Notes: generated by a model from the letters alone, not told the origin. DNA of 64,000 bases from Chryseobacterium gleum (GCA_945897805.1 CAMDFX010000014.1:22001-86000); one strand, 5' to 3'; counted from the first letter of the stretch, positions 1-10,137 are shown. Numbers and translations: made by a program.

Positions 1-2
1 CT

Positions 3-404
3 ATGCATGGAATTTTGGAATATATAAATAGCATTCATAATTTCAGACAAAGTGGCGAAATGAGGTTGATGATTTGTCTCAACGATTCCAATGAAGCCAT
101 AGGAACTTTAGATTTATTCGAAGCAAATTTCAAGCACGGAAGAGCAGGAATTGGTATTTTAATCGCTGAAGAAAAAGAAAGAAACAAAGGTTTGGCGCGA
201 GAAAGCTTAGTGATATTAATCGAATATTGTAGATTCATGTTTGATTTTCACAATTTGACAGCCAACATTTTAGAAGACAATATTTCAAGCATTCATTTAT
301 TTGAAAGCGTAGGTTTCGAATTGGTCGGAACAAGAAAAGAATGGTTTTTGGATCAAGGAAAGAGGATAAACGAAAGAATATATCAATTATGTTTAAAAAA
401 GTAG
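3..404 (+). CDS. GNAT-family N-acetyltransferase, 5' end probably outside the window
   Basis: The ORF is open at the left edge. The pattern GRAGIGILI..ERNKGLARESL...FESVGFELVG is typical of the GNAT acetyl-CoA binding core (RimJ/RimL or SpeG-like). Confidence 0.7.
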   Translation: MHGILEYINSIHNFRQSGEMRLMICLNDSNEAIGTLDLFEANFKHGRAGIGILIAEEKERNKGLARESLVILIEYCRFMFDFHNLTANILEDNISSIHLFESVGFELVGTRKEWFLDQGKRINERIYQLCLKK

Positions 405-1441
405 GAATTGCCTTGCTCATCCTTGGAGCAATTGGGAGCGTGGCTTTTTGGCCAAAAATTTCAGTTTATATGGCTGGAATGAAAACCACGGAAAATTCAA
501 AAACAGTGGCGTTTTATTTTGATGCTTCCAAAGGTGTAGAAGGTTTGGCAAATCAATTAGAAAATGAAAAAATTATCGCCAATAAAGATGCTTTTTTGAA
601 AGTAGGCGAATACAAAGGTCTAGATGCTAAAAGATTGGCTTCTGGGAAATATGAGATTGAATCAGGCACAAGTTACAGAACGTTGTTGAACGGTTTCACT
701 AAAAATTCAGCAGGAAATGGAAATGCTGAAGTTGAAGTCGAAGTAACTTTTAACAACTGTCGCGATGTATATCAGATGGCTGGAAAAGTTGCTAAATGTT
801 TGATGATTGACAGCGCAGATTTGGCTGATATGTTGACAAATGATTCCACCTTGGAAAAATATGATTTTACTTCAGAACAACTGCCAGCTTTATTTTTACC
901 TAATACCTACAAGATGTTTTGGGATACAGACGCGGAGCAGTTTTTGGTTCGAATGGCTGATGAATTCAAAGATTTCTGGACTTCAGAAAGAAAATCGAAA
1001 TTGGACAAAATAGGTTTAGATTCACCATCAGAAGCTGTAACTTTGGCTAGTATTGTTTATTCAGAACAATCAAAAAATGCGGAAGAATGGCCAATTATCG
1101 CAGGTTTGTATTTAAACAGAATAAATCAAGGGATTCGTTTGCAATCAGATCCAACATTCAAATTTTGCTGGGGAGACCAATTAGATGGCGTTCAGCGATT
1201 AACCTACGAACACAGAGAAATTCAATGTCCTTACAATACCTATTACAACGACGGATTGCCTCCAGGTCCAATCTGTATTCCCCCAACGCAAGTAGTTGAT
1301 GCAGTTTTAAATAGAGATAAAAACGATTTCATTTTCATGTGCGCCAAAGCCGATTATTCCGGAAAACACAATTTCACAGTTGGCTATGCCCAACATGCAG
1401 CAAACGCTAGGAAGTTCCAAGAGTGGCTGTCGCAACAATAG
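389..1441 (+). CDS. mltG: Endolytic murein transglycosylase MltG (YceG-like)
   Basis: There is an N-terminal TM helix (GIALLILGAIGSVAF) and the conserved C-terminal motifs LQSDPT, YNTY and GLPPGPICIPP. I chose the start at the internal ATG at 389 (MFKKVG), just before the TM helix. It overlaps the GNAT stop by 16 nt. Confidence 0.85.
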   Translation: MFKKVGIALLILGAIGSVAFWPKISVYMAGMKTTENSKTVAFYFDASKGVEGLANQLENEKIIANKDAFLKVGEYKGLDAKRLASGKYEIESGTSYRTLLNGFTKNSAGNGNAEVEVEVTFNNCRDVYQMAGKVAKCLMIDSADLADMLTNDSTLEKYDFTSEQLPALFLPNTYKMFWDTDAEQFLVRMADEFKDFWTSERKSKLDKIGLDSPSEAVTLASIVYSEQSKNAEEWPIIAGLYLNRINQGIRLQSDPTFKFCWGDQLDGVQRLTYEHREIQCPYNTYYNDGLPPGPICIPPTQVVDAVLNRDKNDFIFMCAKADYSGKHNFTVGYAQHAANARKFQEWLSQQ

Positions 1442-1597
1442 AAATATTCGAATTAAATTTGAAAGCCGGAAATCTCATTTTTGGCTTTTTTTATGCCAAT
1501 TTAGCACAGCAATTAAATTATCGCAAAAGCGACAAAAGTCTCTAATGCTTTAGCAAACATTTATATAAATGGCGCCTTAGGCACCAAATATTGGTAG

Positions 1598-1616
1598 CCA
1601 CGGATTTAATCCGTGG
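1598..1616. repeat. Perfect 19-nt palindrome CCACGGATTtAATCCGTGG (REP-like hairpin) inside a GC-rich island
   Basis: Read directly from the sequence. Smaller hairpins flank it (GGCGCC-tta-GGCACC, CCAAatatTTGG) within an otherwise AT-rich 471-bp intergenic region. Confidence 0.6.
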
Positions 1617-1912
1617 TGGAGTAGCGGCATGAATTCGTTTTTGGCATTTATTTTTGATTTAATTAATTCGAAAGCGAAGCAATGAAAGGCGAGTTTGAAA
1701 ATCATGCCAAAAACCTTTTTTGTATTTTCTTTATTAAATCAAATTCTAGATTTCAAAACAATTTCCAAACATTTATTTTCCATTTTTTATAATAACTAGA
1801 ATTTTTGGTTCGTTTTATGGTAAAATAGTGTAACGAATTATAAAGTTTGCATTATTTGATTGTAAAGTCTGCAAGCTTTGCATTTATGAAACCATAAATA
1901 AAACCAGAAATC

Positions 1913-2482
1913 ATGACAGTTAACCCATTGTATCACCACACACACGAGCGTCTTGAGGAGGAGCAAGTGTGGATACAGCAAGCTAAAAGCAACCCTGAGT
2001 TGTTTGGCCCGCTGTACAAAAAATACTATGAGCCTATTTTCCGGTACATTCATCAGCGAATGGATGATACAGAAATGGCATTTGATGTTACGTCACAAGT
2101 ATTTATGAAAGCTTTAAACAACATTCGTAAATATGAAAATAGGGGTGTACCATTCGGATCTTGGTTGTATAGAATCGCGAAAAGTGAATTGTATCAATCT
2201 TTTAGGGATAAACAAGCACAAAGAACAGTGAATGTTGAAAGTGTTACTTTATTTGAAATGATGGATGAAATGGACGAAGATCAATCTGAAATCAACAAGA
2301 AGATTCTCTTTCGTGCATTGGGTAAATTAAAAGAAGAGCCTCTTCAATTGATTGAAATGCGTTTTTTTGAAAGACGTTCTTTCAAGGAGATTGGAGAAAT
2401 ATTAAATATTACTGAAAACAATGCTAAAGTTAAATGCTTTAGAGCGTTAGAAAAATTAAAAAAGTACTTTAATGAAAAATAA
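1913..2482 (+). CDS. RNA polymerase ECF (sigma-70 family, group 4) sigma factor
   Basis: 189 aa. Region 2 looks like ELFGPLYKKYYEPIFRYI...FGSWLYRIAKSE, and region 4 carries an HTH (ERRSFKEIGEILNITENNAKVKCFRALEKLK). Confidence 0.9.
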   Translation: MTVNPLYHHTHERLEEEQVWIQQAKSNPELFGPLYKKYYEPIFRYIHQRMDDTEMAFDVTSQVFMKALNNIRKYENRGVPFGSWLYRIAKSELYQSFRDKQAQRTVNVESVTLFEMMDEMDEDQSEINKKILFRALGKLKEEPLQLIEMRFFERRSFKEIGEILNITENNAKVKCFRALEKLKKYFNEK

Positions 2483-2499
2483 TAAGCATCAATTTAATA

Positions 2500-2532
2500 T
2501 TCCTTTCTTCCTGCTGGAAGAAAGGAATTTGT
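2500..2532 (+). terminator. Strong hairpin after the sigma gene (12-bp perfect stem, TGCT loop) followed by TTTGT
   Basis: TTCCTTTCTTCC-tgct-GGAAGAAAGGAA read directly. The T-tract is short, so it may act as a partial terminator or attenuator. Confidence 0.55.
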
Positions 2533-2614
2533 ATCAAATAAACAGGAAACAAAACTTTTTGAAAGTCAAATTTGAACAGTTTTGTAATTTTCAACCTTTA
2601 TTTAATTCGTGCAG

Positions 2615-4237
2615 ATGAATAACAGAAAAATGAATCTGGATCGGCCCAACCTAAATTCAGAGCAAATCAGCGCAAGACAAAATTTTGACCAGATACTGTC
2701 AAAACATCTATTGTCAAAACCTCCAGTTTGGAAAAACCCTTGGTTTTGGGGACCAACAGGATTAGCCTCAATCGGAATTGCACTTTTTTTTAGTGCCAAT
2801 TATTTAAACAGTCAAAATGAAACGAATGATAAAATAAATACTTTAGCAATCACAGATTTACCTAAAGACACTGAATGTATTCACCCAACAATTGAAGGTG
2901 AAGATGTTCCATTTCAAACTTTTGTAGTAAATCCAAATAAAAATGAAGATATTATTCTCCCAAGTGGTACTAAAATTTCAATTCCGAAAGAAAGTTTGTT
3001 GCCAGAAAATAAGCATCAAAACGTAGAAATTGAAGTGAGAGAATTTCCTGATAAAGTTTCAGCTTTCATGGCAGGCATACCTATGGATTATCAGAAAGAG
3101 GATGCTTTTATTTCTGCTGGAATGATTGAAATCAGAGGAAAACAAAACGATCGAGTGGTTGAAATAAATGCACATCAACCAATTGAAATCGACATGAAGT
3201 TGACTAAAAATCCTGCTGATTTTGATTTTTGGAGTTTGAATGAAACAACCAAGGATTGGACAAAGTATCCTGTTAAATATGAATTAGGTTCTGGGAAAGA
3301 GCAGTCGAAATTGAGTTTGAATAATCCTGCAGGACTTAAAAAAGAGATTGTAAATATTGACAATCAAATAATGGATTTAAACCAATCTAAATTGGATTTT
3401 CAAAAGCCATCATCAGAAAGTTTTAAAATTCCCAATGAATCTCACCAAAAATTTGATTTGGATTTTAATAAAAAAATGTATCCTGAATTGGCAAAATTTG
3501 AGAATTTAGTTTTTGAAATTCTCCCAACTTCTGGGTACGACAAAAATTTCACCAAAAAAACATGGTCAGACGTCAAACTGGAGAAAAATAAGGAAGTGTA
3601 TGAAATGATTTTTACAGCAACTACTGAAAAGTTAAGATTGCCTGTAAGACCAGTTTTGCAAGGAAAGGAATTGACGGAAGCCAAAAAAGAATTTGACGTT
3701 GCGATTGTGAGTTTCAATGAAACTATAGCTGAAATTGAGAAGAATAAATCAGTCCTACAAGAGCAAAAAGAAGCGTATCAAAAAGCTTTGATGGGAGATT
3801 TATCAGCTTTAAATGACAAATTAGTGAATAATACAACAGAAAATGGAACAGCTAATTTTCAAGTGAATCAATGGGGCGTTTATAATTGTGATAAGCCAAG
3901 TAAATATCCGTCGGCGATGAAAAATGAACCGTTTTTTGTTTGGGAAAATTCATCAACTTCTGCAGATTTCAGTCAGATTTTTGTTTTCAACCTCGATAAA
4001 GATTTGAGATTCAATTACGGAGATAGAGCATTTCATCCAATTTCCAATTTTGGATTTCATGCCAATGATGATTTGGTTATCTTTGGAGTTGAAAGAGGAG
4101 GCGATTTCGGAATTTGTGAGTTAAAACATGGAAAATCAAAAGCGATTATTTCAAAGATAATATTCAAAAAGGGCGAAAGTGGCGAGTCGGTGAGGGATTT
4201 ACTCAATAAGTTAATGAATGAAACTGTTTCTGTTTAG
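2615..4237 (+). CDS. Single-pass membrane protein of unknown function with a large extracytoplasmic domain, downstream of the ECF sigma gene
   Basis: It has a short cytoplasmic N-terminus and one TM helix (WFWGPTGLASIGIALFFSANYL). The remaining roughly 470 aa match no motif I recognise, and there is no zf-HC2 anti-sigma motif. The start could be GTG 2609 or ATG 2615. Confidence 0.6.
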   Translation: MNNRKMNLDRPNLNSEQISARQNFDQILSKHLLSKPPVWKNPWFWGPTGLASIGIALFFSANYLNSQNETNDKINTLAITDLPKDTECIHPTIEGEDVPFQTFVVNPNKNEDIILPSGTKISIPKESLLPENKHQNVEIEVREFPDKVSAFMAGIPMDYQKEDAFISAGMIEIRGKQNDRVVEINAHQPIEIDMKLTKNPADFDFWSLNETTKDWTKYPVKYELGSGKEQSKLSLNNPAGLKKEIVNIDNQIMDLNQSKLDFQKPSSESFKIPNESHQKFDLDFNKKMYPELAKFENLVFEILPTSGYDKNFTKKTWSDVKLEKNKEVYEMIFTATTEKLRLPVRPVLQGKELTEAKKEFDVAIVSFNETIAEIEKNKSVLQEQKEAYQKALMGDLSALNDKLVNNTTENGTANFQVNQWGVYNCDKPSKYPSAMKNEPFFVWENSSTSADFSQIFVFNLDKDLRFNYGDRAFHPISNFGFHANDDLVIFGVERGGDFGICELKHGKSKAIISKIIFKKGESGESVRDLLNKLMNETVSV

Positions 4238-4625
4238 TTTTATATTGCTTAATAATTTTTTATTGATTGCTCAAAATGAGAATGTCGAACATATTAAGAT
4301 TGGTGGGGATTCGACTCAACAAGAAAATTTATTTCCCCACATCAATCAAATATATGATGGAGAAATTCCGATAGCTCAATTAGGAGATTTAGAAGGAATC
4401 CAAACCGCCAAAAATTATAAAATAATTTCATTTGTAATCAGCTATCCGCATGGAGAAAAGAATTTAACGGTTAGTATAGCTGGAAATGTTATTCCAAAAG
4501 AAGTGATAGAAGATATTTATAAATATTCCATGGGTGAGATGATATTTATTACAAATATTGTGACTGAAGATACAAATAGAAATATTTTTGAAGTCGTACC
4601 AATGAGTTTAATACCAGTAGAATGA
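4218..4625 (+). CDS. Small secreted protein, unknown function (possibly a GldM C-terminal-like fold)
   Basis: Signal peptide MKLFLFSFILLNNFLLIAQ. It overlaps the upstream gene by 20 nt. The pattern YKIISFVISYP.GEK.LTVSIAGNVIP...GEMIFITNI is reminiscent of GldM/PorM C-terminal domains, but that link is weak. Confidence 0.5.
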   Translation: MKLFLFSFILLNNFLLIAQNENVEHIKIGGDSTQQENLFPHINQIYDGEIPIAQLGDLEGIQTAKNYKIISFVISYPHGEKNLTVSIAGNVIPKEVIEDIYKYSMGEMIFITNIVTEDTNRNIFEVVPMSLIPVE

Positions 4626-5035
4626 GAAACATGTTGACCTGTTTTATTATTGTATTTTCATCTTTTAATTCATTTTCTCAAGAAAAAATTGAAACAGTTA
4701 AAATTGCTAAAAATCAATCGTTTTTGTATCGCGGACAAGGCCAAGAAATTAATAACGGATATTTATATATTGATGAGGAAGGATACTTTTATTTTGTGGT
4801 ATTAACAATCAGTCAAACAGAAGTTCTGAAATGGTTTGAGCAACGAAGAGATAGTCAAAATGTGTACAAAGGTATGCTGCAAAATGGTCAATATAAAACG
4901 CTCTCGTTGTCTCGCGAAAATGAACCGGGTGAAATGATTGTCTTTTATTTTGAAAAAAAAGACAAAGAATCGATACAATTAATATCTTTGGTTGATGGGA
5001 AGATTTATGATTTTAAACTTATTCAATCATATTAA
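4622..5035 (+). CDS. Small secreted protein, unknown function
   Basis: Signal peptide MRNMLTCFIIVFSSFNSFSQ. An ATGA stop/start overlap with the upstream gene suggests translational coupling. Confidence 0.5.
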   Translation: MRNMLTCFIIVFSSFNSFSQEKIETVKIAKNQSFLYRGQGQEINNGYLYIDEEGYFYFVVLTISQTEVLKWFEQRRDSQNVYKGMLQNGQYKTLSLSRENEPGEMIVFYFEKKDKESIQLISLVDGKIYDFKLIQSY

Positions 5036-5159
5036 TAGTTATTATGCTCGTTCACAAGTGGGTTTTGATAACTTATTTCATATATATTTACCTATTTATG
5101 TTTTTTATGATTAAATTCGTGACGTTAAATAGGCTTTTGAGGTCTTTTTTATTTTTATT

Positions 5160-6101
5160 ATGAGATATTTTTTAACTTTTTGTTTAGTTGTAACAACTCT
5201 TTTTTCTTTTGGACAAGGCTCTAATTTCAATTCTTCAAGGAACTGGAAATTGAACAGGAAAGAGCTTATGCTTCAAGCTGGTGCAACACAATTCTTAGGT
5301 GATTTGGGCGGTAGAGATCAAATTGGAACTGATTACAGTTTGGTTGATATTGACTTTCCATCAACAAGTTTAAATGCAGCAGTTGGTTTTAGATATCGAT
5401 TTGCGCCGCATTTTGCGACAACTTCATTATTGAACTTTGGGTTGTTAAGAGGTAGTGACGCGCAAACGGCAGATAGAGATAGAAATGCACGCAATTTGGC
5501 CTTCCGTTCAATCGTTCTAAATTTTAACCAAAGATTTGAATGGTTGATTTATGTTAATGAAAAATACGGTAAGAGGTATAATATGAAAGGCATGAAGGGT
5601 TTTGGTGAACACCACGATCAAGTTTATGTCTTTGCAGGAATTGGAGCCGCTTATTTTAATCCTCAAGCACCTTACAAAGGTGGTTGGCAAGACTTGAGAC
5701 CTCTGAAAACTGAAGGTCAAGGATTAGAAGGTGGTGCGAAAGTTTATTTGCCATTTACCGCAACAGTTCCAATTGGTATAGGATATCGAAGAGCGTTAGC
5801 AGGAATGTGGAGAGTTGGTATTGAAGCAACCTATGTTAAAACATTTTCTGATTATATTGATGATGTTCATGGATTTTATTATGATCCTGCAATTTTAGCA
5901 ACTGAAGTGTCTGCAACTTCTGCAGCTTTAAGTAATCCTTCAGTAACAAATCCTGAATGGTTCAATCCAGGTTCTAAGAGAGGTGAGCCGCAAAAGGATG
6001 CTTATTTTTATCTGAATGTTACTTTCTATAAAAATTTCACATATAGACCATTGAAGAAAATGTATATTCCAAAATATAAAGGTGGAAGAGCAAAATTCTA
6101 A
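5160..6101 (+). CDS. Outer-membrane beta-barrel protein (DUF6089-like)
   Basis: It has a signal peptide, an alternating hydrophobic pattern, aromatic-rich strands, a GDLGG motif near the N-terminus and a C-terminal aromatic residue (KF). Confidence 0.45.
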   Translation: MRYFLTFCLVVTTLFSFGQGSNFNSSRNWKLNRKELMLQAGATQFLGDLGGRDQIGTDYSLVDIDFPSTSLNAAVGFRYRFAPHFATTSLLNFGLLRGSDAQTADRDRNARNLAFRSIVLNFNQRFEWLIYVNEKYGKRYNMKGMKGFGEHHDQVYVFAGIGAAYFNPQAPYKGGWQDLRPLKTEGQGLEGGAKVYLPFTATVPIGIGYRRALAGMWRVGIEATYVKTFSDYIDDVHGFYYDPAILATEVSATSAALSNPSVTNPEWFNPGSKRGEPQKDAYFYLNVTFYKNFTYRPLKKMYIPKYKGGRAKF

Positions 6102-6127
6102 TTGTTAGAAACATATTGATAAAATTA

Positions 6128-6162
6128 AAGCGAGGGGCAATTGTTCCTCGCTTTCTGTTTTT
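6128..6162 (+). terminator. Rho-independent terminator
   Basis: AAGCGAGG-ggcaattgtt-CCTCGCTT followed by a T-rich run. Confidence 0.6.
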
Positions 6163-6185
6163 ACCTTTGTTGAAAGTTCATTATT

Positions 6186-7217
6186 ATGTATGCATTCATT
6201 AGATTTTTCTTATTTCAATTCGATCCCGAAAAAGTACATCATTTTACAGCAAAATCGATTCATTTTTTATTGTCCATTCCAGGAATGAAATGGATTTGGA
6301 AGAAAATGTACGTTCTTGAAGATGAAAAATTAGAAAAAGTAGTTTTTGGATTAGAATTTAAAAATCCGGTTGGTTTAGGAGCTGGATTTGATAAAGATGC
6401 CAAAATGTTTAATGATTTAGCATACTGTGGATTTGGATTTATTGAAATCGGCACAATTACACCAATCGGACAATCAGGGAATGAAAAGCCACGACTTTTT
6501 AGAGTCAAGGAAGACCATGGAATAATCAACAGAATGGGATTCAATAATGAAGGAGCAGAAATTGCTGCTGAACGATTAAAGAATAAAAAGACGAAAATTA
6601 TTATTGGTGGAAATATTGGAAAAAATAAGTTGACCGCCAATGAAAACGCATTGTCAGATTACCTCATTACTTTTAGGATTCTTTTTCCTGTTGTTGACTA
6701 TTTTGTTGTCAATGTTTCTTCTCCCAATACGCCTAACTTAAGGGATTTACAGGAGAAAGAACCGCTGATGGCTTTGCTTTCAGAATTGGTAAAAGAAAAT
6801 AATCAGCATGAATCGCCCAAACCAATACTGTTGAAAATCGCGCCTGATTTAACCAATGGGCAGCTTGATGACATTATTGAAATTATAGATAAATCTAAAA
6901 TACAAGGCGTTATCGCGACAAATACGACTATTTCTCGTGAAAATCTAAAAACAAATCCCGAAATTATTGAATCTTTTGGAGCAGGTGGTTTATCTGGCAA
7001 ACCTGTTAAAGATCGATCAACTGAGGTGATTCGTTACTTAGCCGAAAAGTCAAAAAAAGCATTTCCAATCATTGGTATTGGTGGAATACATTCAGAAGCA
7101 GATGCATTGGAAAAATTAGATGCAGGTGCAGACTTAATTCAACTTTATACTGGCTTTATCTATGAAGGTCCAGGATTGATCAAAAGGATTAATAAGGCAA
7201 TACTAAAAAGAATATAA
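6186..7217 (+). CDS. pyrD: Dihydroorotate dehydrogenase (quinone), class 2
   Basis: Motifs [44 protein letters not shown] and GGI..A.DA. An N-terminal membrane-association helix is present. Confidence 0.9.
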   Translation: MYAFIRFFLFQFDPEKVHHFTAKSIHFLLSIPGMKWIWKKMYVLEDEKLEKVVFGLEFKNPVGLGAGFDKDAKMFNDLAYCGFGFIEIGTITPIGQSGNEKPRLFRVKEDHGIINRMGFNNEGAEIAAERLKNKKTKIIIGGNIGKNKLTANENALSDYLITFRILFPVVDYFVVNVSSPNTPNLRDLQEKEPLMALLSELVKENNQHESPKPILLKIAPDLTNGQLDDIIEIIDKSKIQGVIATNTTISRENLKTNPEIIESFGAGGLSGKPVKDRSTEVIRYLAEKSKKAFPIIGIGGIHSEADALEKLDAGADLIQLYTGFIYEGPGLIKRINKAILKRI

Positions 7218-7289
7218 TCATTAAATTAGTCTTTTTATTTTTTTTGAAATTCCTTCGATTTTACCGTTAAATAAATTAATTTTACAAGC

Positions 7290-8156
7290 ATGGAAAAGTT
7301 GAAAATTATTGAATGTCCTCGCGATGCAATGCAAGGTATTATTGATTTTATACCAACTGAAAAAAAAATAAGTTACATCAATCAATTACTTAAATGTGGG
7401 TTTGATACTTTAGATTTTGGGAGTTTCGTTTCACCAAAAGCAATTCCACAGTTAAAAGATACTGTTGATGTTTTAAACAAACTAGATCTATCAAATACAG
7501 ATACGAATTTATTAGCCATAATTGCCAATGAAAGGGGAGCAGAGGAGGCGGTTCAATTTGACGAAATCGATTTTTTAGGATTTCCGTTTTCTGTTTCAGA
7601 GACATTTCAAATGCGAAATACAAATTCAACAATTCAAGAATCTTGGTCAAGATTAGAGGCAATACAAAATTTAGCTTTCAAGAACAACAAAGATTTAGTG
7701 GTTTATCTATCCATGGGCTTTGGAAATCCTTATGGTGATATTTGGAATTCAGATATAGTAATTAGTTGGGCAGAAAGACTATATAACGAATTAGGAGTTA
7801 AAATTTTAGCGCTTTCAGACACCATTGGTTGCGCCACACCTACACTGGTTTCAAGTTTGTTCAAAGATTTAATTCCTTCATTAAAAAACGTTGAGTTTGG
7901 AGCGCATCTTCATACAATTCCAGAAAATGCAAAACAATTAGTTGAAGCAGCATATAACCATGGTTGCAGAAGATTTGATGGAGCGATTAAAGGTTTTGGT
8001 GGCTGCCCAATGGCTACAAATGACTTGACTGGTAATATGCCAACTGAATTGATGTTGCTGTGGTTTCAAGAAAACGGTATAGTGACGGGAATTAAAAACC
8101 AAGAATTTAATAGTTCATTTGAAATGAGTAACTCCATTTTTTCACGTCATATTTAG
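7290..8156 (+). CDS. Hydroxymethylglutaryl-CoA lyase
   Basis: N-terminal ECPRDAMQG, and a DRE-TIM metallolyase pattern (GAHLHT ... GCP). Confidence 0.8.
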   Translation: MEKLKIIECPRDAMQGIIDFIPTEKKISYINQLLKCGFDTLDFGSFVSPKAIPQLKDTVDVLNKLDLSNTDTNLLAIIANERGAEEAVQFDEIDFLGFPFSVSETFQMRNTNSTIQESWSRLEAIQNLAFKNNKDLVVYLSMGFGNPYGDIWNSDIVISWAERLYNELGVKILALSDTIGCATPTLVSSLFKDLIPSLKNVEFGAHLHTIPENAKQLVEAAYNHGCRRFDGAIKGFGGCPMATNDLTGNMPTELMLLWFQENGIVTGIKNQEFNSSFEMSNSIFSRHI

Positions 8157-8198
8157 TAACAAATCAATATTATTACGTTTACTATTAAATTTATTATA

Positions 8199-8822
8199 AT
8201 GATTAAAATTACACCTTTTTTATTGTTGTTGGTTTCCTTTACTGCATGTAAGGATGAACCAAAAGAACTACCCGAAGTTAATATTGACAATCAAGAGGTA
8301 GAAAAGGAGAAAAATATTGAGATTCTTTTTGATGAAGTTAAATTTTCAGATCCTAAAATGCTGGATTTATTATATGAATTAAAAATTTGTGATGCCAATC
8401 AAAAAGACTTGAATGATGCCATTCAACCTGCTTGTAATCCTAAATTTTTTCATGTGTTGCCCTTCATTGAAAAAGAAAAAATCGAAAATGCTTTTATTCT
8501 TGTTATTAGATCTGGTGTGCATGATTGGCCGCTGAGAAGAGCACTTGTATACCAGCGTGAACAAGGAAAGTTAGTGCTTGTAAACACTTTTATTGCTCAT
8601 TTAATAGGCATGAGAAAATCGACTTCTGGACATGACGATTTGGTGCTGCAATTCTTTGATGAATATGAAAACAGACTACAATGTTTATATAAATGGAAAG
8701 AAAATCGCTATCAATATGTTCGCGTAGAAAAGATTGAGGGCAGTAATATCAAAAAAGAATTACAAGATTCAATGAATATGGAAATCGCCAAAGTTATTCG
8801 AGATAATAAAATGGCTTTATAA
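8199..8822 (+). CDS. Lipoprotein, unknown function
   Basis: Lipobox LVSFTAC after a signal peptide. I recognise no other motif. Confidence 0.5.
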   Translation: MIKITPFLLLLVSFTACKDEPKELPEVNIDNQEVEKEKNIEILFDEVKFSDPKMLDLLYELKICDANQKDLNDAIQPACNPKFFHVLPFIEKEKIENAFILVIRSGVHDWPLRRALVYQREQGKLVLVNTFIAHLIGMRKSTSGHDDLVLQFFDEYENRLQCLYKWKENRYQYVRVEKIEGSNIKKELQDSMNMEIAKVIRDNKMAL

Positions 8823-8828
8823 GATTGA

Positions 8829-9251
8829 ATGAGAAGAATTTTAAAATTATTTTTTTTGATTTTGATTCTGAATGCTTGTGTTTCAGATAATGAATTACTT
8901 ACGGTAAATCCTGCATTTTTTTTTCATAATAACAATTCCAAAGTTTGGTTGGTAATTCATAAATTCAGGAATGGAAAAGATTTTTCACCCTTGAGTATGA
9001 AGTACAAAGAAATTTTTATTTTTCACAAAACGGGAAATCTCTATTTTCAAAAGATGAATACTTTGGGTGATGAAATGGGTCAAAAAGGTTCATTTGAAGT
9101 ATCCGATAATTTCAAAAGTGTCAAATTTTATTTTAAGGATATAGTTTGGGTATTTGATATTAAAATGCTTAAAAATGAAAAGATTATTTTGAAGCCAAAG
9201 TTCAATTACAACTTTACGCTTGAATTAATTCCAATTCCAGAACCTCGATAA
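8829..9251 (+). CDS. Lipoprotein, unknown function
   Basis: Lipobox LILNAC after a signal peptide. It starts 6 nt after the previous gene. Confidence 0.5.
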   Translation: MRRILKLFFLILILNACVSDNELLTVNPAFFFHNNNSKVWLVIHKFRNGKDFSPLSMKYKEIFIFHKTGNLYFQKMNTLGDEMGQKGSFEVSDNFKSVKFYFKDIVWVFDIKMLKNEKIILKPKFNYNFTLELIPIPEPR

Positions 9252-9258
9252 TAATTAG

Positions 9259-10065
9259 TTAATTTTTAACTATTCTAACCATTTTGAGACTACCAGAAAT
9301 TGCCACTTGAACTAAGTAAACACCTGCTTGCAAATAAGATAAGTCTATTTGGTCTCCATTGCTGTAATTCATTTGCTGAATCAATTTTCCATTTATAGAA
9401 AAAACTGAAACTTCATCAATTTTTTTAGCACAATTGATTTTAATATTTCCAGGTGTTGGGTTCGGATAAACTTCAACAGAAATATCAGTTAATTCTTGAA
9501 TTCCAACAGGGTCATTTTTTCTTACATTGATGTCATCTAAATACAGTTTATAACCGTCGTTTGTTGTATTAACAAAAGCCAAATAAACAGTTAGACCATT
9601 AAAGCCTAAGTTACTTAAATCTATTTCTCTATTTGTCCATTCAGGATTTTCTAATACAATTAACCGCACAGTATCCATGAAATCAGTAACTTGATTGGAT
9701 GTTGAAATCAAAACTTTATAATTTTCAGGATAAGATGGATCGTGAGATTTTGCTTGCCATGAAAGGTAGTTTCCATAATCGCCTAAGTTTATTGCTGGCG
9801 TAATCAACCATTTATTTGCTTGTCCTACAGGTTCGTAGAAGGATGTTGAACTTACAACAGAATCTATTGTGTTTTCAGGATCGGCTTTTATAATCCATGG
9901 ATTGCTATATTCAGAAACTGCCGCATTAGGAATTTGTTGGTCAACATCAACCATAGTCCAAGTTGCAGGAAATCCCAATTGAAAATCTTCATTCAAAATT
10001 ACAACTTGACTCATTGAAATGAATGAAAATCCAAGTGATATAAAAGCTAATATATATTTTGACAT
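9259..10065 (-). CDS. T9SS-secreted protein (choice-of-anchor-J-like N-domain plus type A C-terminal sorting domain)
   Basis: Signal peptide; N-terminal LNEDFQ..FPATWTMVDVD; C-terminal VYPNPTPGNIKI...GVYLVQV...VRIVKN, typical of a Por secretion tail. Confidence 0.75.
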   Translation of the reverse strand: MSKYILAFISLGFSFISMSQVVILNEDFQLGFPATWTMVDVDQQIPNAAVSEYSNPWIIKADPENTIDSVVSSTSFYEPVGQANKWLITPAINLGDYGNYLSWQAKSHDPSYPENYKVLISTSNQVTDFMDTVRLIVLENPEWTNREIDLSNLGFNGLTVYLAFVNTTNDGYKLYLDDINVRKNDPVGIQELTDISVEVYPNPTPGNIKINCAKKIDEVSVFSINGKLIQQMNYSNGDQIDLSYLQAGVYLVQVAISGSLKMVRIVKN

Positions 10066-10137
10066 AGATACAAAGTTAAAAGAATATTGAGAGTTTGCAT
10101 GAAATTGCAGGCTAAAAAAATGTTAATGCGGAATTTC

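Noticed and set aside
1570-1625. Possible tRNA or tRNA-like fragment in the GC-rich island
   Set aside because: The hairpin is a 7-9 bp stem with a tiny loop, not a 5-bp T-arm with a 7-nt loop. I could not draw an acceptor stem or an anticodon arm.
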